From contig CAVTHS010000004.1 of assembly GCA_963734535.1 (NCBI GenBank), positions 1 to 64,000 of the forward strand: a DNA stretch of 64,000 nucleotides, in the 5' to 3' direction. The position numbers and the translations under genes were made by a program. Shown in pieces: positions 1-9,661 of this stretch (positions are counted from its first letter, which is position 1; the number at the start of each line of letters is the position of its first letter). Source of the stretch: an uncultured Chloroflexia bacterium (GTDB taxonomy: Bacteria; Chloroflexota; Limnocylindria; Limnocylindrales; CSP1-4). The notes under the pieces are model-generated. The model did not search any database, was not told where the DNA came from, and worked only from the letters and a program-made list of their open reading frames with translations.

Positions 1-69
1 GGGCCACCCTTGCCCCCATGCGTGTCCGCGCATTCTGGCGCGATCCCGCCCGGCGGACACGCGCGCCAA

Positions 70-1092
70 TCAGATCCACCGCCGCACGCGAAGCGTGACC
101 AGCGTCGCGGCGGCGACCGCGGCGATCACGATCACCACGACCCAGAAGACAACGGGGTCGTCGAGCGAGAAGGGCGTCTTCATGTTCATGCCCATGAACC
201 CCGAGATGACGCCCGCCGGGAGCAGGAGGATCGACACGACGGTGAGGGTGCGCATGATCTCGTTCGTCCGTTGCGAGGTGCGTGTCATGTGGATGTCGAA
301 GGTGCCGACGAGGGAGTCGCGGCTGCCGTCGATGGCGTCGATGGCGCGCTGGAACCGATCCGCGAGGCTTTCGAAGTAGGAGGTTGCCGAGGTTCCCGCG
401 ATCGCCGCGAAGTCCGCGCGCGCCAGCGCGGCGACGACCTCGCGATGCGCCACCAGCGTCCGCCGCGCTGCTGCGATCCGGTGCCGGAGGGCGACCATCT
501 GCCCAAGGAGGTCCTCGCCGCGGGCCGCTTCGAGGGCCTGGGCATCGAGGCGATCCACCGTTGCCGCGAGCTGGTCCGAGAACTCGAGATAGCTGGTGAC
601 GAACCCGTCCAGCAGCACCGCCGCGAAGGCGCCGGAATCGAGCACGCCGACCGCGGTGTCAACTTCCAGGCGCTCGCGGAATTCGGCGAGCGACTGGATC
701 GGTTCCGGGTGGATCGTGACCACGAAGTTCGCGCCGGCGATCATGTCGAGAGCCGTCGAGTGATCGCGGCCCTTGACCGTGTTCATTGCCAGGACCCGAA
801 GCTGGAAGTCCTTTCCCGTGAGCCTGAGCCTCGGCTCCTTCGCGGCCTTCCAGAAGCGCCGCGCCGACGCGGCGTCGATCGGGAGCAGGGCGAGCAGCAC
901 GTCGACGCCCTCGCTCCCGACCTCGTCACGAACGTCCACCCAGAGGAGCTGGCGATCCTTGATCGCCTCCACCGTCTCGGCCGTGAGCGCCACCGAGCGG
1001 TCGGTGCGGTCCGCGTCGAAGAGCCGAGCCTCGTAGGGGGGCAGGCCCGCGATCTCGCCCTGCCGGCCAGTGGCCCTGCGGCCCGACGTCAC
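70..1092 (-). CDS. corA: CorA family divalent cation (Mg2+) transporter
   Basis: C-terminal GFMGMN signature with two TM helices (TNEIMRTLTVVSILLLPAGVISGFMGMN). Start inferred at GTG 1092; the longer ORF extension overlaps the next gene. Confidence 0.9.
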   Translation of the reverse strand: MTSGRRATGRQGEIAGLPPYEARLFDADRTDRSVALTAETVEAIKDRQLLWVDVRDEVGSEGVDVLLALLPIDAASARRFWKAAKEPRLRLTGKDFQLRVLAMNTVKGRDHSTALDMIAGANFVVTIHPEPIQSLAEFRERLEVDTAVGVLDSGAFAAVLLDGFVTSYLEFSDQLAATVDRLDAQALEAARGEDLLGQMVALRHRIAAARRTLVAHREVVAALARADFAAIAGTSATSYFESLADRFQRAIDAIDGSRDSLVGTFDIHMTRTSQRTNEIMRTLTVVSILLLPAGVISGFMGMNMKTPFSLDDPVVFWVVVIVIAAVAAATLVTLRVRRWI

Positions 1093-1112
1093 GGCCGATG
1101 GCCCGCGGCGCG

Positions 1113-1457
1113 TCAGTTGACGAGCTTGTTCGGCCGAACGCCACGCTCCATCGCGGACCGGACCGTCAGGAGGACCAGGACCGTCGAGAGCCCGACGACG
1201 ATCCGTGGCGCGCCGGCCAGCAGGAGCCCCGTGCTCACGCCGAACGCGAAGCCGGACGCTGCGACGATGCCCATGTCCGACAGGCCGTTCACCTGCTCCT
1301 GGGCATCGGCGAGCGCTTCGCGCGCACCTGCTGCCACGTTCGGGACCTGGTCGAGGACGGCGCGGCCGCGCTCGACGAGCGTGTCGGCAAGGGCGCCGGC
1401 GTCCGCCCCGCCCGGGGCGTCGTCCGCGTCGATCTCGTGTGGTTTGGTCCTGGCCAT
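1113..1457 (-). CDS. Small hypothetical membrane protein
   Basis: AGGAG RBS before MARTKPHE; acidic N-terminus and hydrophobic C-terminal hairpin. Confidence 0.75.
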   Translation of the reverse strand: MARTKPHEIDADDAPGGADAGALADTLVERGRAVLDQVPNVAAGAREALADAQEQVNGLSDMGIVAASGFAFGVSTGLLLAGAPRIVVGLSTVLVLLTVRSAMERGVRPNKLVN

Positions 1458-1490
1458 TCCGTGGGCTCCTCGTGGGGTGGTGATGCCGCC

Positions 1491-1558
1491 ATCGTCGCCC
1501 CACGAACGGCACGCCCGCACGCAGGTGAGGCGCCGGTGTGTTGCAGGCGCATGTCGGT
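1491..1558 (-). promoter_or_regulatory. Island promoter A: TGCAAC-N43-GACGAT
   Basis: gttgca at 1540-1545 and atcgtc at 1491-1496 on the + strand; left half-site degenerate. Confidence 0.5.
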
Positions 1559-1567
1559 TTCTGGAGC

Positions 1568-2704
1568 TCAGGGGCCGATTGCCCCGGCCCGCTGAGGCGG
1601 CAGCTTGCCCGGACTGGCGGGCGGCGGGAGCTCCGCCGCGCCTTCGGCAGGCACAGCGGACGGCTCGAGGCCCACCGGCTGCGCACGTGCCTGGAGGCGT
1701 TCGAGGACGATCTCCGCGGAGGCCGCGATGGGCACCGCGAGGAACGCCCCGAAGAGCCCGCCGAGGGTGGCGCCCAGGAGGATGCTCACGATGACGATGA
1801 ACGGCGACAGGCCGACCGTGTTCCGCATGACCATCGGCACGACGACGTTCGACTCCACGACCTGCAGGATCACGTAGATCCCGACCACGGGGAGCACGAG
1901 ATCCGGTCGGACCGCGATCGCCACGAGCACGGCCGGTATCGCGCCGAGGAGCGGACCCACGATCGGAACGGCCTCGAAGAGGCCGGCGGCGAGGGCCAGC
2001 GCGAGCGCGACCGGGAGCCCCAGGAGGGTATACGCGGTGCCGGTCGCGAGGCCCATGAGGCCCATCAGCGTCAGCTGGCCGCGCATCCAGTGCCCCATTC
2101 GATCCTCGACATCGTTCCACGCAACCCGAACCCCCATTCGGCGCTCCAGGGGAAGGAAGGCCAGCCCGAACCGCTGCAGCCGCGCGCGTTCGTGCAGCCA
2201 GAAGAAGGTCAGCGTGGCGACCGTCACCAGCGTGTTCACGACGTCGAGGATGGTCCCGCCAGCCCCAAGAACCTGCGCCGACGTGGGCTGCGGAGCGGTG
2301 CGCACGGTACGGTCGAGATCGTCAATGACCGCCCCAAGCCCGGTCGCCAGCGGGGCGGGCAGCCCGGTGACGGCCTCACGAGCCGATGCAAGCACGGACG
2401 GAACACGCGCGGTGATCTCGCCCACCTGGGAGGCAGCCGTGGACACCAGCAGGATGCCGAGCGCGACCACAAGGGCGCCGACGGCCAGGAACAGCAGCCC
2501 GGTCGCCGCGGTTCGCCCGAACGGCGCCCGGGTCCGGACCCCGTCGACAACGGGACCGAGCGCGGAGGCGAAGAGAATTGCCACCAGGACCATCGCGACG
2601 ATCTTCAGCGCGGCAAGCGTGCTCGTGACGATGGCGATCACCAGGATGACGCCGATTGCGAACCCGACCCCCCGGCGGGTCCACGGACCCAGCTCCGCGT
2701 CCAT
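1568..2704 (-). CDS. AI-2E family transporter
   Basis: Multi-TM protein with typical motifs (VPIVGP, QVVESNVVVPMVM, GGLFGAFLAVP); GGAGG RBS before MDAELG. Confidence 0.9.
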   Translation of the reverse strand: MDAELGPWTRRGVGFAIGVILVIAIVTSTLAALKIVAMVLVAILFASALGPVVDGVRTRAPFGRTAATGLLFLAVGALVVALGILLVSTAASQVGEITARVPSVLASAREAVTGLPAPLATGLGAVIDDLDRTVRTAPQPTSAQVLGAGGTILDVVNTLVTVATLTFFWLHERARLQRFGLAFLPLERRMGVRVAWNDVEDRMGHWMRGQLTLMGLMGLATGTAYTLLGLPVALALALAAGLFEAVPIVGPLLGAIPAVLVAIAVRPDLVLPVVGIYVILQVVESNVVVPMVMRNTVGLSPFIVIVSILLGATLGGLFGAFLAVPIAASAEIVLERLQARAQPVGLEPSAVPAEGAAELPPPASPGKLPPQRAGAIGP

Positions 2705-2778
2705 TGTTCCCTCCGCCTCGGCCCCGGCGCCCGCGCGGGGACGGGGGGCGCATGACTGCCGTGGCGCGCGACTTCGGC

Positions 2779-2847
2779 ACCCTACGCGCAGACGCACCTC
2801 CCCGGGATTGCGCGGCACCGGGCCACACGTTGCATCTGCATCGCGAT
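2779..2847 (-). promoter_or_regulatory. Island promoter B: TCGC-N9-GCAAC-N44-TAGGGT
   Basis: Minus-strand atcgcgatgcagatgcaac (2829-2847); -10-like hexamer at 2779-2784. Confidence 0.55.
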
Positions 2848-2864
2848 CGCGACCTTCGGGAAGC

Positions 2865-2919
2865 GGCAAGGGATTGGGCCGCTGGCGAGATGCGGGTGCA
2901 ACACGACCCCGCAGAGAAT
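2865..2919 (+). promoter_or_regulatory. Island promoter C: GGCAAG-N26-TGCAAC-N11-GAGAAT
   Basis: Same 26 and 11 nt spacings as promoters D, E and J; no clear left half-site. Confidence 0.55.
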
Positions 2920-2981
2920 GAGTCCACCGCCTCCCCGCTCGGCCAAACCGGCCCGGCCCGGCGGTCAGCAGGAGAGACGCC

Positions 2982-3179
2982 ATGTGCCTCACGTGTGGCT
3001 GCAACGACGCCCACAAGTCGATGGGCAACAACCTGACGTACGAGGATGTCCAGGAAGTCGCCATCGCCAACGGGAAGACCGTTGACGAGACGCTCACGAC
3101 GATGAATGCGACGGCCGCCGCCGACAGGGCCAGGCACACGGACGAGTACCAGCGCCCGTCGGGCACCGGCCGGGACTGA
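2982..3179 (+). CDS. Small protein with N-terminal CxxCGC-x3-H putative metal-binding motif
   Basis: AGGAG RBS; MCLTCGCNDAH; protein-like composition. Confidence 0.8.
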   Translation: MCLTCGCNDAHKSMGNNLTYEDVQEVAIANGKTVDETLTTMNATAAADRARHTDEYQRPSGTGRD

Positions 3180-3184
3180 TCGTG

Positions 3185-3424
3185 ATGGCGGGCCGCAGTG
3201 CGGGTGACGGCCGGCCGGAGCTCCTCAGCTTCCCTTCCGAGGATCGAGCGTTCGCGCGGGAGGTCCAGGCAAGCCTCACAACCGAGCGCCCTCGATCACC
3301 CGCGGAGCTCGAGGGCTTCCTCCGGCGTCGGTTCCCGCGCGTCGTGGTACGGCCGCGTGACCTGTCGAATGAGTCGCGGGTGACCTGGTATGTCTTCCGC
3401 GACGGCAGGGTCATGCGCGCCTGA
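3185..3424 (+). CDS. Small hypothetical protein
   Basis: Directly follows the previous gene; compact sequence ending LRRRFPRVVVRPRDL...WYVFRDG. Confidence 0.65.
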   Translation: MAGRSAGDGRPELLSFPSEDRAFAREVQASLTTERPRSPAELEGFLRRRFPRVVVRPRDLSNESRVTWYVFRDGRVMRA

Positions 3425-3484
3425 CCAGGCCCGCCGTCTCTTGAACACACAGATGCCTGACGGCCGGCGGCTGGGCGCAGCCCG

Positions 3485-4334
3485 TCACGCTGGTCCGGGC
3501 GGGACCGCGTCCGTGACGACGTCATTCGCCGTCGACGCCTGGCAGCGCGGGCACCACCACACGGTCCGGGGATAGTCGGCGCCGAGACTCGCCGACCGGA
3601 TCAGCGTGCCACAGCGGCGGCAGGGCCGGCCACCCCGTCGATAGACCCACAAGCGGCTGTCCGCACCCTCCCCGGGGCGAGCGGTGGTCGCGCGTGCGCC
3701 GCTGCTCCGGGCATTCAGGAGCAGGAGCCGCCGAGCCGTCGCGACGATGCGCCCCAGCGTCGCGTCGTCCAGGGCCGACGCGACGGCAAATGGATCCACG
3801 CGCTCGATGAAGAGGACCTCGCTGCGATAGACGTTGCCGACGCCGGCCACGACGCCTTGGTCGAGCAGGGCCTCGCCGATGGCCGTCGTGCGGGCGCCTC
3901 GACTCCCGCAGCCGGGTCACGACGGCCGCAGGATCGAAGTCCTCGGCGAGCAGATCGGGCCCCAGCCGCGACAGGATCGGATGCAGTGCCCGGGAGCGTG
4001 TCTCGAAGAGCTCCACGATCGGCGCGTCGAAGCAGACGGCAACGCTGCCCTCGACCTCCAGGACGAGGGCAGCCCGCGAAGCCGGACGGAGCCAACGCTC
4101 GCCCGGCCGGTAGCGGTGCCAGGTGCCCGTCATGCGCAGGTGCGTCCGCACGGAGAGGCCGTTCGACAGGTGGATGAGCAGGCTCTTGCCGTGTGCCTCG
4201 ATCGCCTCGATCGTGGCCCCGACGATGCGCTCGACGCGAGCCCCGCCGGCTGCCCGGGCGCGGAGCACCGGCAGCCCGACCAGGCGGGGACGGAGCCCGG
4301 CGGCGACCCGGAAGACCGTGTCGCCTTCGGGCAT
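3485..4334 (-). CDS. nei: Fpg/Nei family DNA glycosylase, split by a frameshift near 3890
   Basis: MPEGD N-terminus, GK, HLRMTG and LGPD in one frame; H2TH (AGVGNVYRSEVLF) and zinc finger (CRRCG...WCPRCQ) in a second frame. Confidence 0.9.
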
Positions 4335-4340
4335 GGTCGA

Positions 4341-4480
4341 TTACGGGCGGCGATCCTGGAGGTGGGCCTCCAGGAAGTCGAGGTACTTGTCCGCGCAGCG
4401 GCCGATCTCCGTGAGGAGATCGGCCGTGTCGGCATCGCCGAGCTCATCGGTCATATCGATGGCCGCGCGGGCCGCGACTG
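4341..4480 (-). pseudogene. dps: C-terminal remnant of Dps (DNA starvation/stationary-phase protein)
   Basis: RAAIDMTDELGDADTADLLTEIGRCADKYLDFLEAHLQ matches the last helices of Dps; the upstream two-thirds is absent. Confidence 0.75.
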
Positions 4481-4492
4481 CCTGGGGCGGGG

Positions 4493-4927
4493 TCACGCCG
4501 GCTCCCGCCGGAAGATGCCCACCACCCACAGCACGATCAGCTCGAGGATCGTCCAGCCGACCAGGGCCACGACCGCAGCGACATCCAGGGTCGCACCGCC
4601 TGATGAGAGGGCATTCGAGTTGAGGATCCCCTCGAACGGGGCGACGAAGATCTTGCTGACGTCAAGGATGCCGGACACGAGCGCATTCCCGGTGCGGGCA
4701 TCGAGCAGGAGCAGGACGATCCGCAGCCCGATGACGATCTGGATGAGCCCGAATACCAGGACGATGATCCGCCGGACCATCTCGGAGCCCGCGGGGCCTG
4801 TCTGCGTGACGGAACGTCGCTCCGTCTGCACCGTTTCCCGGAACGGGGAAGTGGGTGCGCTTGCCGGCCCTGGCGTCACCGCCTGGTCCCGCGTCACGAC
4901 CCGCTGGTCGACTCGATCGGTTGTCAT
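4493..4927 (-). CDS. YggT-like membrane protein
   Basis: AGGAG RBS; LRIVLLLL...N.LV..I..VS..FVAPF.GI pattern with TM helices. Confidence 0.8.
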   Translation of the reverse strand: MTTDRVDQRVVTRDQAVTPGPASAPTSPFRETVQTERRSVTQTGPAGSEMVRRIIVLVFGLIQIVIGLRIVLLLLDARTGNALVSGILDVSKIFVAPFEGILNSNALSSGGATLDVAAVVALVGWTILELIVLWVVGIFRREPA

Positions 4928-5000
4928 GTCTTCTCCTCCTGTCGCCGCCCGCGTGCCGCGCGGCCGGCTTGGACGCGCCCCTTATGGGCGCGCCGGGACC

Positions 5001-5068
5001 ATGGTGCGTCGGGCCACATTGCCGCCGGCCTGCTCGATCGCGCGGCCGCGTTGCAGGCGCGCGGCAAG
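5001..5068 (-). promoter_or_regulatory. Island promoter D: TTGC-N9-GCAAC-N26-GGCAAT-N11-CACCAT
   Basis: Minus-strand cttgccgcgcgcctgcaac (5050-5068), half-site at 5018-5023, -10 at 5001-5006. Confidence 0.7.
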
Positions 5069-5097
5069 TCCACTCGATCTCGAGCAGGACCTCCGCG

Positions 5098-5601
5098 TCA
5101 GCCGGCTCGGACGCGGCCCGTTGAAGCCGGGGCCTCGTCCGCGACGATTGCAGCCGTCGTCGTCTCCGCGGGGCGCCGGACGGGCATGCTGCGCCGGCGT
5201 CCGAGCCGGGCGGCGAGGTAGACCAGCATGACCTCCCGAACCTGGGCATCGCTGAGGACCTGGTCGAGACGGAGGGCGTGCTCCACCCGCGCCGGGGCAA
5301 GTTCGGTCACGTCGTACGTTCGGGGCTCGAGCCAGTCCAGGCCGTTCGCCAGGCCGAGACCGCGGGCAAGCAGTGCCGCGGTACGAAGCGAGGGGGTTCG
5401 ACCTTCACGCATCAGCCGCGAGACGGTCGAGTGGTTCACCCCGGACTTGTGGGCCAGCTGGCGCTGGGTCAACCGTCTCGCCTTGAGCTGGACCTCGAGC
5501 CAGCGGTTGAACGACGTGCCGGTGGATCCCGGCGGACCCGCCGGGACATCCGCGGCGCCGGGTGGTGCGTGTTGCTCGATCATCCGTGGCTGGTCGATCA
5601 C
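5098..5601 (-). CDS. XRE/Cro-family helix-turn-helix transcriptional regulator
   Basis: LTQRQLAHKSGVNHSTVSRLMREGRTPSLRTAALLARGL; GGAGG RBS. Confidence 0.9.
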   Translation of the reverse strand: MIDQPRMIEQHAPPGAADVPAGPPGSTGTSFNRWLEVQLKARRLTQRQLAHKSGVNHSTVSRLMREGRTPSLRTAALLARGLGLANGLDWLEPRTYDVTELAPARVEHALRLDQVLSDAQVREVMLVYLAARLGRRRSMPVRRPAETTTAAIVADEAPASTGRVRAG

Positions 5602-5634
5602 CGCGGCACCTCCCGGCGTCGTTCTGGTGGGCGC

Positions 5635-5895
5635 TCAGACGAGGGCGCGGCGACCCGTGAACATGCGGTACACCGCGACGACGATGACGGCACCGATCAC
5701 GGCGACGACGATGCTCTCGATGTTGATGCCGGTCACGTCCGCCACCTTCAGCACGGTCCCCGCCAGGTAGCCCCCGACGAGGGCGCCGACGATGCCGAGG
5801 ATGATCGTCGCGATGACGCCTTCCCTGCCACCCATGATGAGGTTCGTGATGAACCCGGCGATCGCCCCAAGGACGATCCACGCGATGATTCCCAT
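5635..5895 (-). CDS. GlsB/YeaQ/YmgE family stress-response membrane protein
   Basis: MGIIAWIVLGAIAG...IILGIVGALVGG...IVVAVIGAVIV; AGGAG RBS. Confidence 0.92.
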   Translation of the reverse strand: MGIIAWIVLGAIAGFITNLIMGGREGVIATIILGIVGALVGGYLAGTVLKVADVTGINIESIVVAVIGAVIVVAVYRMFTGRRALV

Positions 5896-6027
5896 GGTCT
5901 TTCTCCTCTGCTGAGTTGTCCGCGGCGTGGTCTCCCACCGACCGCGTGATGATCCGCGCGAGTTCAGGTCCCGCGCATCGGCGCATGGCTGCCCGCCGAT
6001 GCCGGATGGCCCGGCGGGCACCCTGCG

Positions 6028-6095
6028 ATGATGGGCGCCGCGATGTTGCCGATGGCCGCCAGCGGCCGCTGCGGACATTGCATCGACGCGGCAGC
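6028..6095 (-). promoter_or_regulatory. Island promoter E: CTGC-N9-GCAAT-N26-GGCAAC-N11-CATCAT
   Basis: Minus-strand gctgccgcgtcgatgcaat (6077-6095), half-site at 6045-6050, -10 at 6028-6033. Confidence 0.7.
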
Positions 6096-6222
6096 GAAGG
6101 CGACTTCCTCGCCGAGACGCCCCAACGAACGTCCTGCGCTCGCCGCCCGGCCAGTCGAGGCCGAGGCCGCACGCCGTTGACGTGCGGTGAGGCTCGGCGG
6201 TTCGAAACTGGCGAACCGGCCC

Positions 6223-7134
6223 TCAGGGTCGCGGCTCGATCACCGTCAGGGCGGCCGGCCGAATCGACACGCTGATCGGCGTCGTCCCGATCACGCTGCC
6301 GTCGGTCTCCACGAGGCGGCGGCGCCTGGTCTCGATGCGGATCTCCCCGGCCTGCGCCCGGAAGACGTGGCCAGCCGCGCTCGCCCCCAGGTTGCGCTGC
6401 CGGAGCGCCTCCCATCCGGCAAGCAGGCCGAGAAACGGCCCCGGAGCACGAAGGACGATCACGTCGAGCCGCCCGTCGTCGGGCTGTATCTCCCGGCGCG
6501 TCTCGATGAGCGCTCCCATCTGGCCGAAGTTGGCGACCAGGACCTGCGCCGCCTGTCTCTTGATGCGGGCGCCGTCCAGGGTGATCTCGTGCCGGACGTC
6601 ACGGACGTGCTGCGCCTCGCGGATGGCCGCCAGCACGTAGGCCAGCTTGCCCAGGCGCCGCTTCTCGGCGGTCTCGGTCTCCTCCATGACGCGGGCGTCG
6701 AAGCCGACCCCACAGGCCACCGCGAAGTAGTGATCCTCACCCCCGACCCGGACGCGCCCGAGGTCGATCCGTCGATGGTGACCCTCGACCAGGACCTTCA
6801 CGGCCTCGTCGATCGGATGGGGGATCCCGAGGTTTCCCGCAAGGAGGTTGCCGGTTCCCTTCGGGATGATCCCGAGGGCCACCGTCGTTTCGGCGATCGC
6901 GTTGACAACCTGCAGCACGGCGCCGTCGCCGCCGACCGCGACGACCACGTCGATCTCAGCCTTCGCTGCGTCGGCGGCGTGGCCCCGAAGTGCGCTCTTG
7001 CGCCGGACCACGACGCCCTCGACGTCCCATCCGGCGCTCTCGAGTCGCTCCTGCGTCTCGCGAACCGCCTCGCCGATCTTGCGGCCGGGTCGGCGCCGGC
7101 CGATGACGAGCGCATGCGTCCGGGTGTCACTCAC
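6223..7134 (-). CDS. Diacylglycerol kinase family (YegS/DgkB-like) lipid kinase
   Basis: AVGGDGAV, LGIIPKGTGNLLA, GVGFDA, PDDGRLDV; GTGA overlap with the upstream PAP2 stop. Confidence 0.92.
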   Translation of the reverse strand: MSDTRTHALVIGRRRPGRKIGEAVRETQERLESAGWDVEGVVVRRKSALRGHAADAAKAEIDVVVAVGGDGAVLQVVNAIAETTVALGIIPKGTGNLLAGNLGIPHPIDEAVKVLVEGHHRRIDLGRVRVGGEDHYFAVACGVGFDARVMEETETAEKRRLGKLAYVLAAIREAQHVRDVRHEITLDGARIKRQAAQVLVANFGQMGALIETRREIQPDDGRLDVIVLRAPGPFLGLLAGWEALRQRNLGASAAGHVFRAQAGEIRIETRRRRLVETDGSVIGTTPISVSIRPAALTVIEPRP

Positions 7135-7925
7135 GATTCCTCCATCCGCGTCGACCCGCGGAGACCTGGGTTGTCCGGGCCAGGTACAGGCCCATGGCGC
7201 CCGAGCCGCGAAAGAGGACCAGCCCGGAATGCGCCCGCCACGACCAGGAGCCATGCCGTTCCAGCCAGCAGGCCGCCCGCCACGTCGGTCAGGTAGTGAT
7301 AGCCGAGGTAGATCCGGCTCACGCCGATGACCAGGGTCAGCAGGACCGCGGTCGCAAGCGCGGCAAGCCCGGCCCGGCGGCCGAGCACCGACCACAGGAC
7401 GACCGCCAGGGCCACGTAGAAGACCAGCGAGTTCATCGTGTGGCCGCTCGGGAAGCTGTAGTCGGGCAGGACATGCGCCCAGGCGAGCTGCGGTCGCGGG
7501 CGGGCGAAGAAGACCTTCATCAGCTCGTTGAGCACCAGGCTCCCGCCGGACGCGATTGCCAGGAACAACGCCTCGCGCGGCCGGTGGGCCACGATCAGCC
7601 AGGTGATCGCGATGGCGAACAGTGGCGGGATTGCGAGGTTCGAGCCCATGAACGTGGCGGCCTGCATGAGACCATCCAGGGCCGGCGATGCGAGCCCGTG
7701 GAGAAATGGCGTGGCGACCGTGTCGAGAACGAGCACCTCCCTGTCGCGGATCGACTCGGCGAGCAGGCCCAGCACCACCAGACACGCAAGAAGAGCGATG
7801 AATCCACCCGCGACCATCACCGAGGCGGTGCTGACGGGCGTTCCCACGGCCGACCGCAGCGGGCCGCGGCTTGTCGCGCCTGTCGGCAGCCGCGCCTCCG
7901 ATGCCACGCCGTCGTTCGGCTTCAT
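7131..7925 (-). CDS. PAP2 family membrane phosphatase
   Basis: K-x4-RPRP, SFPSGH and SRIYLGYHYLTDV motifs; GGAGG RBS. Confidence 0.93.
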   Translation of the reverse strand: MKPNDGVASEARLPTGATSRGPLRSAVGTPVSTASVMVAGGFIALLACLVVLGLLAESIRDREVLVLDTVATPFLHGLASPALDGLMQAATFMGSNLAIPPLFAIAITWLIVAHRPREALFLAIASGGSLVLNELMKVFFARPRPQLAWAHVLPDYSFPSGHTMNSLVFYVALAVVLWSVLGRRAGLAALATAVLLTLVIGVSRIYLGYHYLTDVAGGLLAGTAWLLVVAGAFRAGPLSRLGRHGPVPGPDNPGLRGSTRMEES

Positions 7926-7975
7926 GCGTGCCTCCGGTGTACGCCGCACCCCGCGAGAATGGTACAAAGGGGATC

Positions 7976-9661
7976 ATGCCAACCCTTCTCCTGGGGCCGC
8001 TCCTGCGCTACGTGAGCGAGCACGACGCGACCGTGTGGGTCGAGACGGCCGGCCCGTGCATGGTCGAGGTCCGCGCCGGAACGACGAGCGGTACCGGGCA
8101 CACGTTCTCGGTTGCGCGCCATCACTACGCCGTCGTCATCGTGACCGGGCTCCCAGCCGGCTCGTCCACTCCATACGAGGTTCTCCTCGATGGGAACCTG
8201 GTCTGGCCCCAGCCGGGATCGCCCCATCCGCCGAGCAGGATCCGGACCTTCTCGCCCGGCCGGCCGGTTCGGCTGCTGTTCGGCTCCTGTCGCGAGCCGT
8301 CCCCCGGCGGGTCACGCGAAGGCCCGGGCGTGGATCCGGACGTGCTGGACGCCTACGCGATACGCATGGCCAGCCAGGCTCACGAGGAGTGGCCCGACGC
8401 GCTCCTGATGGTCGGCGACCAGGTCTATGCCGACGATACGTCCGCGACGGTCGGCCGCTTCATTCGAAGCCGCCGGGACGTCCGTCGCGCCCCGCACCTC
8501 GAGGTCGCCGACTTCGAGGAGTACACGCGGCTGTACCTCGAGTCCTGGGGCGACCCGAACATCCGCTGGCTGCTCTCGACACTCCCCACGTGCATGATCT
8601 TCGACGACCACGACGTCCGGGATGACTGGAACACGTCGCATGCGTGGCGCGTGGAGATGCAGGCCACCCCCTGGTGGGAGGAGCGGATCACCGGCGCCCT
8701 CATGTCGTACTGGATCTACCAGCACCTGGGCAACCTGTCGCCCGCCGGCCTCGCCGCGAGCGAGGTATACGCCGCGGTGCGCGCCGTGCCCGATGGAGAG
8801 GCGGCCCTGCGCGTGTTCGCCCAGGCGGCCGACCGCGAGGCGGACGGCGCCAAGGGCGCCATGTGGTCCTACCGGCGGGACCTCGGGTCGGTGCGCCTGC
8901 TGGTGATCGACTCGCGATGCGGCCGGATCCTGGCCGACGGCCGGCGGTCCATGGTGGGGGAGGCCGAGTTCGCCTGGATCGAGGCGCAGGCGGAGGACGG
9001 GCCGTACGACCACCTGGTCGTCGGGACATCCCTTCCATGGCTCCTTCCGCGGGCCCTCCACGACATGGAGTCGTGGGACGAGGCGCTCTGCGCAGGAACC
9101 CGCGGCCGCCGCCTTGCCGGGTTCGGCGAGTGGCTGCGACGGGCGGTCGACCTCGAGCACTGGGCGGCCTTTCGGGGGTCGTTCGACCGGCTGGCGGCGC
9201 TCTTCGCGCGGGTCGGGCGCGGGGAGCACGGCTGGGACGCGCCCGCCACGATCTGCGTCGTCTCGGGGGACGTGCACCACACCTATGTATCCGAGGCCGA
9301 CTTCCCGCAGCCAGTCTCGTCGCGCGTGTACCAGATCACGTGCTCGCCCATCCACAACACGATCCCGCGCGTCATGCGCATCGTCTTTCGGGTGGGGTGG
9401 AGCCACACGGCGGAGCGGCTGACCCACGCGCTCGACCGCTTCGCCGGCGTCCCGCCCTTGCCGCTCTACTGGCACCATCCGACGGGTCCGCACTTCGGCA
9501 ACGAGCTGGCGCTGCTCGTGTTCGACGGCCGGTCCGCCCGGGTCGTGCTGGAACGGTCGCTCCGCCCGGCGACCCTCGCGCGCGGGGAGGCCGGCGACGG
9601 ATCGGAGCCCGGCCTGGCGATCGTGGTCGAACAACCGCTGACCGACGGGGTGAACACCTAG
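7976..9661 (+). CDS. Alkaline phosphatase D (PhoD-like) metallophosphatase without signal peptide
   Basis: FGSCR, GDQVYADD, IFDDHDV.DDWN, DLEHW and SGDVHH motifs. Confidence 0.9.
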   Translation: MPTLLLGPLLRYVSEHDATVWVETAGPCMVEVRAGTTSGTGHTFSVARHHYAVVIVTGLPAGSSTPYEVLLDGNLVWPQPGSPHPPSRIRTFSPGRPVRLLFGSCREPSPGGSREGPGVDPDVLDAYAIRMASQAHEEWPDALLMVGDQVYADDTSATVGRFIRSRRDVRRAPHLEVADFEEYTRLYLESWGDPNIRWLLSTLPTCMIFDDHDVRDDWNTSHAWRVEMQATPWWEERITGALMSYWIYQHLGNLSPAGLAASEVYAAVRAVPDGEAALRVFAQAADREADGAKGAMWSYRRDLGSVRLLVIDSRCGRILADGRRSMVGEAEFAWIEAQAEDGPYDHLVVGTSLPWLLPRALHDMESWDEALCAGTRGRRLAGFGEWLRRAVDLEHWAAFRGSFDRLAALFARVGRGEHGWDAPATICVVSGDVHHTYVSEADFPQPVSSRVYQITCSPIHNTIPRVMRIVFRVGWSHTAERLTHALDRFAGVPPLPLYWHHPTGPHFGNELALLVFDGRSARVVLERSLRPATLARGEAGDGSEPGLAIVVEQPLTDGVNT

